64,000 nt of DNA from Longimicrobiales bacterium (GTDB lineage Bacteria > Gemmatimonadota > Gemmatimonadetes > Longimicrobiales > Gaopeijiaceae): NCBI GenBank assembly GCA_041690395.1, contig JAWLHJ010000005.1, forward strand, positions 32,001 to 96,000, in the 5' to 3' direction. This document shows positions 9,867-19,785 of this stretch, piece by piece (the stretch's first letter is position 1; each line of letters begins with the position of its first letter). The notes below the pieces were generated by a model. The model was not told the DNA's origin, ran no database searches, and worked only from the letters and a program-made list of their open reading frames with translations. The translations under genes and the position numbers were made by a program.

Positions 9867-10175
9867 ATGAAGCTCGTGTTCCTGATGTACCTGGACGAAG
9901 ACGACGCCCTCGTCATGAAGGGCTTCAAGGAGCTCGGCGTCGCCGTGTTCAGCCGCCTCCCGCTGGAGGGCCATGGCGCGGGCGCCGAGGGCTGGTACGG
10001 AGAGGTCGCGCCGTACCGGTCGCAGATGGTGTTCGCCGTCCTGTCCGACGCCGAAGCCGAGAGACTGATGGACGCCGTGGCGGGATGGCCGGCCGGGCAG
10101 GACCCGAAGCATCCCGTGCGGGCGTTCCAGGTCGACGTCGAGAAGGCCGTATCACAAACCGGAGTCAAGCCATGA
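9867..10175 (+). CDS. PII-like (PG0541-type) transporter-associated small protein
   Basis: Ferredoxin-like PII pattern MKLVFLMY...GVAVFSRLPLEGHG...VFAVLSDAEAERLMDAV...RAFQVDVE. GAGGAGG RBS. Confidence 0.65.
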   Translation: MKLVFLMYLDEDDALVMKGFKELGVAVFSRLPLEGHGAGAEGWYGEVAPYRSQMVFAVLSDAEAERLMDAVAGWPAGQDPKHPVRAFQVDVEKAVSQTGVKP

Positions 10176-10381
10176 CCATGGACCGAAAGATTCGCGCGAT
10201 CGCGGGTACCTTCATCCTACTGTCCCTCGCGTTGGGGACGTGGGTGAGCCCGTGGTGGTATCTGTTCACCGCCTTCGTCGGGGTGAACCTCATTCAGTCG
10301 GCGTTCACCCGGTGGTGCCTGATGGAGGATATCCTGCGCGCCACGGGCGTGCACAAGGGCGACGGCGCGCGGAGCTGCTGA
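10172..10381 (+). CDS. DUF2892 / YgaP-like membrane protein
   Basis: MDRKIRAIAG, two TM helices and FVGVNLIQSAFTRWCLM with the conserved Cys. Confidence 0.88.
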   Translation: MTMDRKIRAIAGTFILLSLALGTWVSPWWYLFTAFVGVNLIQSAFTRWCLMEDILRATGVHKGDGARSC

Positions 10382-10516
10382 GGCGCCACGCTTCGCACCT
10401 CGGTGCGAAACCCCCGGGGCAGTTCGGCGTATGGGGAGGTGTTGCGGGCCTGGCGGGCCGCCCGATGTGGGCGGCCCGCCTGCGCTCTCCCCCATGTTCC
10501 GAGGACTCCAAAGACC

Positions 10517-11119
10517 ATGTCCGATCGCGCCCTGCCCGAAAACACGTCCCCGTCGAACCCGATGCGCGACTTCCCGTACGACTTCGTCGCCGAGCGGCTC
10601 TTCGAGGCCCGCACGGTGGTGATCACCGGCGAGGTCAACCAGAAGCTCGCCGCGTCGGTGATGTCGCAGCTCCTGGCGCTCACCAGCGAGTCCAACGACG
10701 ACATCACGATCTTCGTGAACTCCCAGGGGGGTCACGTGGAATCGGGCGATACCATTCACGACATGATCCGCTTCGTGGAGCCGCGCGTGCGCATGGTGGG
10801 CACCGGCTGGGTCGCGAGTGCCGGGGCGCTGATCTACGTATCGGTGCCCAAGGAAGACCGGTTCAGCCTCCCCAACACCCGCTTCCTGCTCCATCAGCCT
10901 TCGGGCGGGGCCGGCGGGGCCGCGAGCGATATCGAGATCGAGGCGCGAGAGATCCTCAAGATGCGCGACCGGCTGAACAGGGTGTTCGCTCGCGAGACCG
11001 GCCAGACGCTCGAGCAGATCGAGGAGGACACCCGACGGAACTTCTGGCTCGATGCCGAGTCGGCCGTCGACTACGGGCTCGTGGGCAAGATCATCCAGAA
11101 ACAGTCCGAGATCGTCTGA
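10517..11119 (+). CDS. clpP: ATP-dependent Clp protease proteolytic subunit (paralogue with Asn at the catalytic Asp position)
   Basis: NSQGG, ASAG (Ser), LLHQP (His), DTRRNFWL and DYGLV. Confidence 0.92.
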   Translation: MSDRALPENTSPSNPMRDFPYDFVAERLFEARTVVITGEVNQKLAASVMSQLLALTSESNDDITIFVNSQGGHVESGDTIHDMIRFVEPRVRMVGTGWVASAGALIYVSVPKEDRFSLPNTRFLLHQPSGGAGGAASDIEIEAREILKMRDRLNRVFARETGQTLEQIEEDTRRNFWLDAESAVDYGLVGKIIQKQSEIV

Positions 11120-11136
11120 CGCGGCCGGGCCCCGGC

Positions 11137-11161
11137 GTCACGATTCGGGGGCTCGCTCGTC
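11137..11161 (+). promoter_or_regulatory. Possible ECF sigma promoter upstream of the serpin gene
   Basis: GTCAC-N16-CGTC, matching the common ECF -35/-10 layout. Confidence 0.35.
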
Positions 11162-11205
11162 TTATCGGGTGTAGAAACCCTGATCGCCCGAAACGGGACA
11201 GACTC

Positions 11206-12474
11206 ATGCGATCTCGCACCCTATCATCGACCGCCGCCGCCCTGGTGCTTCTCGTCACGGCCTGCTCGGACCCTGCGGGCCCTACCGACATCCAGCCGAT
11301 CACCCAGCTGCCGCGTAGCCTGAGCGTCGCGGAGCAGGAGGTCATCGCCCGTTCCAACGCCTTTGGCCTCGAACTCCTGAGAGCGGTGGTGGCGGGCGAC
11401 GAGCGGCCCAACGTCGTGCTCTCCCCGCTCAGCGCTTCCATGGCGCTCGGCATGACACTGAACGGAGCGCGAGCCGGCACGTTCGACGCCATGAGCACGT
11501 CGCTCGGCTTCGATGGGCTGGGCCAGAACGAGATCAACGATTCGTATCGCGATCTGATCGAGATGCTGACCAGCCTCGATCCGAACGTCCGCTTCCGGAT
11601 CGCCAACGCGATCTTCGCCAACGAGAACATCACGTTCCGGGACGCGTTCTTCGCCGCCGTCCGCGATGCCTTCGACGCCGAGGCCGCCGCGCGCGACTTC
11701 GCGGACCCCGCCACCCTCGTGGAGATCAACGCGTGGGTGGACGAGCAGACCGAGGGCCTGATCGAGCGCATTCTGGACGATCTCGATCCTGAGCTGGCGA
11801 TGCTTCTGCTGAACGCGATTTACTTCGAGGGCGCCTGGACTACACAGTTCGATCCGGAGGACACCGCCCCCGGCACCTTCGAGACGATCGACGGCGGCAC
11901 CGTATCCGTGCCGATGATGAAGATGACCGAGGCCGAGGTCGCGCTCGGCGGGGGCGCCGGGTACCAGGTGGCGGAGCTGCCGTATGGGGGAGGGGCGTTC
12001 GCGATGACGCTGGTGGTTCCTGCCCAGGACCCGCGCGACTTCGTCGCCGGCCTCACCGACGCGCGCTGGAACGAGATCACTGGGAGTCTCGGCGAGCCGT
12101 CCGACATCGATCTGTTGTCGATCCCGAAGCTGAAGCTCTCCTACGACACCTTCCTCAACGACGCGCTCCGCGAGATGGGCATGGGGGTGGCGTTCACGGA
12201 CCAGGCCGACTTCTCCGGGATGACCGAGGAGGTCGCCCTCTGCGTGGACTTCGTGCGCCAGAAGACCTTCCTCGAGGTGGACGAGGTGGGGACGAAGGCG
12301 GCCGCGGTCACGGCCGTGGGTATCCGGCCGACCTCGTTCATCGGGCTCGTGGCCGACCGCCCGTTCGTGCTGGCGATCCGGGAGCGCCTGTCGGGCACGA
12401 TCCTGTTCATGGGGCTGGTGGGTGACCCCTCCGTCGAAGAGGCAGGTGAGCCGGAGCCCCAGCAAGGGTGCTGA
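11206..12474 (+). CDS. Serpin family serine protease inhibitor, lipoprotein
   Basis: Lipobox VTAC, NVVLSPLS, INAWV, LLNAIYFEGAW, hinge EVGTKAAAVT and ADRPF. The ORF-track extension back to 10240 is spurious. Confidence 0.93.
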   Translation: MRSRTLSSTAAALVLLVTACSDPAGPTDIQPITQLPRSLSVAEQEVIARSNAFGLELLRAVVAGDERPNVVLSPLSASMALGMTLNGARAGTFDAMSTSLGFDGLGQNEINDSYRDLIEMLTSLDPNVRFRIANAIFANENITFRDAFFAAVRDAFDAEAAARDFADPATLVEINAWVDEQTEGLIERILDDLDPELAMLLLNAIYFEGAWTTQFDPEDTAPGTFETIDGGTVSVPMMKMTEAEVALGGGAGYQVAELPYGGGAFAMTLVVPAQDPRDFVAGLTDARWNEITGSLGEPSDIDLLSIPKLKLSYDTFLNDALREMGMGVAFTDQADFSGMTEEVALCVDFVRQKTFLEVDEVGTKAAAVTAVGIRPTSFIGLVADRPFVLAIRERLSGTILFMGLVGDPSVEEAGEPEPQQGC

Positions 12475-12492
12475 GGCTCCGGCTCGTCGCCG

Positions 12493-13146
12493 CTACTCGA
12501 CCCGGATGATGCCGGTCATCCCCTGCGCTTGATGGGGGATACAGTAGTAGGGGAACTCACCCGTGTCGTCGAAGGTGTGCTCGAAGACGGCGCCCTGGGT
12601 TCCGAGGGCAGCGCTCGACCATTCCGTGTGACCGTCCGGAGTGACCGTATGGTCGACGCCGTCGCCGTTGATCCAGCGTACCGTGGTCCCGGGGCTGATG
12701 GTGACGTCGGCGGGCGAGAATGACGTGCCGCTCAAGGTGATCTCGACGACCTCGCCCGGGTCGTCGTCGACGAGCTCGAAGGTCAAGGGGGCCGTCGCGC
12801 CCGCGGTGACCTCAACGCTCTTCCGGGCCTCCTCGCCCTCGGCGAGGGAGTAGCCGTCGGGGACCGTGATCTCGACGTCGTGTGTGCCCGCCGGCACGTT
12901 GGCGAACGAGGTGAGGCCGTCGCTTCCGGTGGGCTGGGTGGCGGTCGCGGTGCTTCCGCCGCCCGCGAACAGCCGGGTCGTGACGCCGGGCCTCGCCGCA
13001 CCATCCGCCGTGACCGTGACGCGAACCGTCCCGGTCGTGGGTGGGTCGGTCGTGCCCCCGTTGCCGTTGTCGCTTCCTCCGCAACCGAGCGCCAGGAGTG
13101 TGGCGAGCACTGTCGCGCCGGCCTTCGAACGTTGGATGGGCGTCAT
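12493..13146 (-). CDS. Lipoprotein with a beta-sandwich (carboxypeptidase-regulatory-like) domain fused to a plastocyanin/azurin cupredoxin
   Basis: Lipobox ALGC. Type-1 Cu ligands in HTVT and YYCIPHQAQGM. Confidence 0.88.
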   Translation of the reverse strand: MTPIQRSKAGATVLATLLALGCGGSDNGNGGTTDPPTTGTVRVTVTADGAARPGVTTRLFAGGGSTATATQPTGSDGLTSFANVPAGTHDVEITVPDGYSLAEGEEARKSVEVTAGATAPLTFELVDDDPGEVVEITLSGTSFSPADVTISPGTTVRWINGDGVDHTVTPDGHTEWSSAALGTQGAVFEHTFDDTGEFPYYCIPHQAQGMTGIIRVE

Positions 13147-13147
13147 G

Positions 13148-13237
13148 GTCCCTCCATGTGATTGAAGATTGAATCGTAGTCTTCGATCAACATGAGGGAC
13201 TCGTATCGTTAGCGCAAACCTGAAATATGCTAACGAT
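13148..13237 (-). promoter_or_regulatory. Two tandem inverted repeats upstream of the cupredoxin start codon
   Basis: Imperfect stem at 13148-13200 that pairs the GGAGGG RBS. Perfect ATCGTTAGC-N15-GCTAACGAT at 13205-13237. Confidence 0.6.
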
Positions 13238-13261
13238 TGTGATCGTATGTGGGGCTCGGAG

Positions 13262-13732
13262 CTATCCTTCTTGCGGCTGGGTGCCGTTCGGGCCCGGGAG
13301 CTCGCTCTTCGCGGTGCTGAGCACGATGGTGGTCCGTGTGGACGCGACCGGCGGGAGCGGCTGAATCTTCTCGTCCAGCAGCCGGCCGAGCGCGCTGGTG
13401 TCCTCGACGCGGAGCTTCAGGAAGAAGCAGTCCTCGCCGACCACCCGGTGGACCTCGAGAACTTCCGGAATGGAAGCGAGCAGCTCGCCGGTTTCTTTCG
13501 CGCGGGCTCCCTCGCCCGTCTGCACGGCGACGAAGGCGAGGAGCCCCTTCTTCACGGCCTTCGGATTCAAATGGGCGCGATACGCCTCGATGACCCCGGA
13601 GTCCTCGAGCTTCTTGATACGCTGGGACACCGCCGAGGGCGTGATGCCGACCTCACGCCCGATCGCCGCGTTCGCGATGCGCGCGTTGTCCTGGAGGAGG
13701 GCGAGGATGCGGAGATCCAGTTCGTCGAGCAT
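13262..13732 (-). CDS. Lrp/AsnC family transcriptional regulator
   Basis: LDELDLRILALLQDNAR HTH, RIKKLEDSGVI and a RAM domain (EVHRVVGEDCF, TRTTIVL). Confidence 0.95.
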   Translation of the reverse strand: MLDELDLRILALLQDNARIANAAIGREVGITPSAVSQRIKKLEDSGVIEAYRAHLNPKAVKKGLLAFVAVQTGEGARAKETGELLASIPEVLEVHRVVGEDCFFLKLRVEDTSALGRLLDEKIQPLPPVASTRTTIVLSTAKSELPGPNGTQPQEG

Positions 13733-13772
13733 GGGAGAAAGGTACTACGTTGGAAACGCGAGGAGGATGATC

Positions 13773-14045
13773 ATGTCAGAGCCCAAGATCGAGTTGGTGT
13801 ACTTCGACGGTTGCCCGAACGCGGGGCCTGCGAGGGCGAATCTCGCCTCCGTGCTGGAGCCGGGCTCCTGGGTCGAGTGGAATCTCGCGGCCGAGGACAC
13901 ACCGGAGCACTTCCGGCGCTTCGGCTCCCCGACCGTGCTCGTCGACGGCATGGACATCACCGGCGCGGACGGCGGCAACGCGGCCATGGCGTGCCGCGCC
14001 GACGGAGCTCCGTCCGTGGAGATGATCAGGCGGGCCCTGTTCTGA
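13773..14045 (+). CDS. Small thioredoxin/glutaredoxin-like protein
   Basis: YFDGCPN, GSPTVLVDG (cis-Pro motif) and a C-terminal ACR. AGGAGG RBS six nucleotides upstream. Confidence 0.7.
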   Translation: MSEPKIELVYFDGCPNAGPARANLASVLEPGSWVEWNLAAEDTPEHFRRFGSPTVLVDGMDITGADGGNAAMACRADGAPSVEMIRRALF

Positions 14046-14132
14046 CGCTCGCCGCGCCTTGCTCGGCGCACGTCCCCTCGCCTAAGATCTGAACCCCGAT
14101 CGGTGAGCGGCTTGAGACCCGGAGGAGCCCGT

Positions 14133-16211
14133 ATGCCAGCGGCCAGAGAGTACCCCACGGAGCGCATCCGCAACATCGCCGTGCTGGGACACGGCGGCTC
14201 CGGCAAGTCGAGCTTGGTGGACGCGCTCTGCTTCGTAGCCGGGACCTCGAAGCGCCGGGGTAGTGTGGACGACGGCAACGCGCTCACCATGCACACCCCC
14301 GAGGAGCTCGCGCACGGGATCTCGATCCAGCTCACGCCGGCGTTCGCCGAGCATCTGGATACCAAGATCAACCTGCTCGACACCCCCGGATACCAGGACT
14401 TCTCGGGAGAGACGCTGTCCGCCGTGCGCGTGGCGGACGCCGCCATCATCGTGGTGAGCGCCACGGCCGGCGTCGAGGTGGGAACCGAGCGGGTGTGGCG
14501 CTACTGCGAGGAACGTGGCATCCCCAGGATCTTCTTCGTGTCGCAGATGGACCGGGACAACGCCGACTTCGACCGGGCGTTCCGGCAGATCAAGGGCCGG
14601 CTCGCTTCGGGTGCCCTCCCCGTCGAGATCCCGATCGGAGAGGGGTCGGACTTTCACGGCATCATCAACCTCTTCAGCGAGAAGGCCCACATCTACAGCG
14701 CGGGAACCCAGACGGGTGAGTACGACATCCAGGAGATCCCCGAGGCGCTGGCCGACAAGGAAGCGCGCTGGGAGACCGAGCTCCAGGAGGCGCTGGCCAC
14801 CACCGACGAGAGCCTGCTGGAGTCGTACCTCGAGGGTGGACACATCACCCGCGACGAGGCGGTCGAGGCAATGGCCCGAGCCATGGGCCGGCTCGAGACG
14901 TTCCCGGTGTTCTGTGGCTCGTCCGCGAGCAGCTACGGTATCCGGGCGCTGCTGAAGAAGCTGGTCGAGCTCTGCCCGAGCCCGAAGGAAGCGGTCCCGG
15001 AGATCGTGGACGGAGATCCGCTCCTGACGACGGACGACGGACCGCTCGCGGCACTCGTGTTCAAGACGGCCGCCGAGCCCCACGTCGGCGAGCTGTCCTA
15101 CTTCCGGATCTTCTCCGGGTCGGTGTCGAACGGCGACGAGGTGGTGAACGCCTCCGACGGGCAGCCGGAGAAGCTGAACCACCTCGCGGTGCCGATGGGG
15201 CGCGACCGGATCGAGGTGCCCAGGCTGCACGCGGGTGACATCGGAGTCATCGCGAAGCTGAAGCACACACACACGAACGACACGCTCACGTCGAGGGGAG
15301 CGCGGAGAGAGCTCGAGCCGATCGCGTTCCCGGCCGCGGACATCGCTATCGCCATCAAGGGGAAGACCCGCGCCGACGAGGACAAGCTCGGGGAGGTGAT
15401 CCCGAAGCTCCACGAAGAGGACCCGACCTTCTCGGCTGCGTTCAACCCGGAGCTGCATCAGACGATCGCGCGCGGGGTCGGCGAGCTCCACCTCGACATC
15501 CAGTTCGAGCGGATGGCCCGCAAATACGGCGTGAAGGTCGAGACGGAGGCACCGAAGATCGCCTACCGCGAGACGATCACCGCCGAGGCGAGCGGACAGG
15601 GCCGGCACAAGAAGCAGTCGGGAGGGCGCGGCCAGTTCGGCGACTGCAGGATCCGGCTGTCACCGGCGCCGCGCGGGTCGGGCTACACCTTCGTGGACGC
15701 CATCAAGGGCGGTGTGATTCCGTCGAAGTACCTGCCGTCGGTGGACCGGGGCATCCAGGAGGCGGCGGAGCGGGGGATCGTGGCCGGCTATCCGGTGGTG
15801 GACTTCACCGCGGAGTGCTTCGACGGCTCGTACCACGCGGTCGACTCGTCCGACATCGCCTTCAAGCTCGCCGGGTCGCAGGCGTTCCGGACCGTGGCCG
15901 AGCAGTGCCGCCCGGTGTTGCTGGAGCCGGTCGTGGAGGTGGCGGTGGTGACCCCCGACGAGTACGTCGGCGACATCATGGGCGACCTCACTTCGCGGCG
16001 CGGCAAGGTGCAGGGGATGGAGCCGGAGGACGGTCGCACGACGGTCCGGGCCATCGTGCCGGAAGCGGAGTTGTACAAGTACGCGGCTACACTCCGGTCC
16101 ATGACGCAGGGGCGCGCGCACCACACGCGGGCCCACGCCGGGTACGAGCAGGCCCCCGATCACGTGGCGCAGAAGGTGCGGAAGGAGCGGGAGGCCGCGC
16201 TCAGCGCTTAG
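14133..16211 (+). CDS. fusA: Elongation factor G paralogue (EF-G2 type)
   Basis: GHGGSGKS, DTPGYQDF, GELHL, YRETI, KQSGGRGQFG, DGSYHAVDSS and LRSMTQG. It is not in the rpsL-rpsG-tuf context. Confidence 0.92.
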   Translation: MPAAREYPTERIRNIAVLGHGGSGKSSLVDALCFVAGTSKRRGSVDDGNALTMHTPEELAHGISIQLTPAFAEHLDTKINLLDTPGYQDFSGETLSAVRVADAAIIVVSATAGVEVGTERVWRYCEERGIPRIFFVSQMDRDNADFDRAFRQIKGRLASGALPVEIPIGEGSDFHGIINLFSEKAHIYSAGTQTGEYDIQEIPEALADKEARWETELQEALATTDESLLESYLEGGHITRDEAVEAMARAMGRLETFPVFCGSSASSYGIRALLKKLVELCPSPKEAVPEIVDGDPLLTTDDGPLAALVFKTAAEPHVGELSYFRIFSGSVSNGDEVVNASDGQPEKLNHLAVPMGRDRIEVPRLHAGDIGVIAKLKHTHTNDTLTSRGARRELEPIAFPAADIAIAIKGKTRADEDKLGEVIPKLHEEDPTFSAAFNPELHQTIARGVGELHLDIQFERMARKYGVKVETEAPKIAYRETITAEASGQGRHKKQSGGRGQFGDCRIRLSPAPRGSGYTFVDAIKGGVIPSKYLPSVDRGIQEAAERGIVAGYPVVDFTAECFDGSYHAVDSSDIAFKLAGSQAFRTVAEQCRPVLLEPVVEVAVVTPDEYVGDIMGDLTSRRGKVQGMEPEDGRTTVRAIVPEAELYKYAATLRSMTQGRAHHTRAHAGYEQAPDHVAQKVRKEREAALSA

Positions 16212-16325
16212 TGTGGCCTCGGGCCGCACCACGCTGGCCGTTGTCACGAGGGCGCGTCACGCCATATTACTGGCCGGATCCGTCGATTGGACGGTCGTAC
16301 CTGCAATACCCCTACGGGAGCCGTG

Positions 16326-17018
16326 ATGCGTCGCGTGGCCACACTCTACCGCACCACTGTCGGGATCAAGGTCCTGATGGCGGTGTCGGGAGTCGTGCTT
16401 TTCGGGTTCGTGTTCACCCATATGCTGGGGAACCTGAAGATGCTGTTCCCCGTCGACGCGGCGGGCCACTACCCGATGGACGTGTACGCGGAGCACCTGC
16501 GCCAGTTCGGGTATCCGTTCCTTCCCGAGTACGGGATGCTGTGGCTGGCCCGCGTCGGTCTGCTCGCCGCGGTGGTCTTGCACGCTGCGTCGGCCATCTA
16601 CCTGTGGCGGATCAGCGCCTCGGCGCGGACCCAGCGCTACGCGAAGAACGACGACCTGAGCCTCTCGTACGCTTCGCGCACCATGCGCTGGGGCGGCGTG
16701 ATCGTGCTCCTCTTCATCGTGTACCACATCCTGCACTTCACGACCGGTCAGGCGCATCCGGACTTCGTGTACGGCGCCGTGCACCAGAACTTCGTGAACG
16801 CCTTCACGAACCCGCTGGTGTTCGGCGTCTACTTCGTCGCGCAGGCGGCGCTGGCCTTCCACCTGCACCACGGGGTGTGGAGCTTCTTCCAGACGCTCGG
16901 TCTGAACCATCCGAAGTACAACCGCTTCCGCCGGGTCTTCGCCACCGCGTTCGCGATCGTGGTCTTCGTCGGATTCATGACGCCCCCGACGCTGGTCCTG
17001 ACCGGCGTCATTTCTTAG
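16326..17018 (+). CDS. sdhC: Succinate dehydrogenase/fumarate reductase cytochrome b subunit (five-TM, b558 family)
   Basis: [24 protein letters not shown] and HLHHG (haem His residues). Lies upstream of sdhAB. Confidence 0.92.
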   Translation: MRRVATLYRTTVGIKVLMAVSGVVLFGFVFTHMLGNLKMLFPVDAAGHYPMDVYAEHLRQFGYPFLPEYGMLWLARVGLLAAVVLHAASAIYLWRISASARTQRYAKNDDLSLSYASRTMRWGGVIVLLFIVYHILHFTTGQAHPDFVYGAVHQNFVNAFTNPLVFGVYFVAQAALAFHLHHGVWSFFQTLGLNHPKYNRFRRVFATAFAIVVFVGFMTPPTLVLTGVIS

Positions 17019-17079
17019 ATCCCAGAGCCGTGCGCGCGTTCGCTCGCCTGCACTCCAGCCGAACAAGGTCCGTCCAGCC

Positions 17080-18996
<1,917 letters not shown>

Positions 18997-18997
18997 G

Positions 18998-19768
18998 ATG
19001 AAGCTGACCCTGCACGTGTGGCGACAGAGCGGAGCCAAGGACACGGGCCGTTTCGAGCGCTACGAAGCGGCGGACATTTCCGAGCACATGTCGTTCCTGG
19101 AGATGCTCGACGTCATCAACGAGGAGCTCACCCGGGACGGCGGAGAGCCGATCGCGTTCGAGCACGACTGCCGTGAAGGCATCTGTGGCTCCTGCGGCAT
19201 GATGATCAACGGCGTGCCGCACGGTCCGAAGTCCATGACCACCGCCTGCCAGCTCCACATGCGCTCGTTCAAGGACGGCGACGAGATCTGGATCGAGCCG
19301 TGGCGTGCGACGGCCTTCCCGGTCATCAAGGACCTGGTGGTCGACCGCAACGGCTTCGACCGGATCATCCAGGCCGGGGGCTACATCTCCGTGCGCACGG
19401 GAAGCGCGCCGGACGGCAACGCCGTCCCGATCGAGAAGGACAAGGCGGACGCGGCGTTCGACGCGGCGACCTGTATCGGCTGCGGCGCGTGCGTGGCCGC
19501 TTGCCCGAACGCTTCCGCCATGCTCTTCACGTCGGCGAAGGTGGCGCATCTCGCGAGCGTGCCGCAGGGGCAGCCGGAGCGCTACGGACGGGTGCTCTCC
19601 ATGGTCGAGCAGCACGACGACGAGGGCTTCGGGAACTGCACGAACCACGGGGCGTGCGAGATCGCCTGCCCCAAGGGGATCAGCATCGACTACATCGCGC
19701 AGCTCAACCGTGACCTGGTGAAGGCGACGCTGAATGCGAAGCCGGTGGAGACGGGCAAGGACGCCTGA
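18998..19768 (+). CDS. sdhB: Succinate dehydrogenase/fumarate reductase iron-sulfur subunit
   Basis: [20 protein letters not shown] and [12 protein letters not shown]. Confidence 0.96.
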   Translation: MKLTLHVWRQSGAKDTGRFERYEAADISEHMSFLEMLDVINEELTRDGGEPIAFEHDCREGICGSCGMMINGVPHGPKSMTTACQLHMRSFKDGDEIWIEPWRATAFPVIKDLVVDRNGFDRIIQAGGYISVRTGSAPDGNAVPIEKDKADAAFDAATCIGCGACVAACPNASAMLFTSAKVAHLASVPQGQPERYGRVLSMVEQHDDEGFGNCTNHGACEIACPKGISIDYIAQLNRDLVKATLNAKPVETGKDA

Positions 19769-19785
19769 CGTCGGCTGGATGGAGC

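Noticed and set aside
8030..10168. Long antisense ORFs (also 17008-19044, 35768-38065, 54404-56779, 4899-6446, 14082-15608)
   Set aside because: These are shadow ORFs opposite well-supported genes. They are expected from GC-rich codon bias and show no recognisable motifs.
10240..11205. Apparent 744-aa serpin with a long N-terminal extension
   Set aside because: The extension overlaps DUF2892 and clpP in another frame and is low-complexity and Arg-rich. A proper signal peptide and lipobox begin at 11206.
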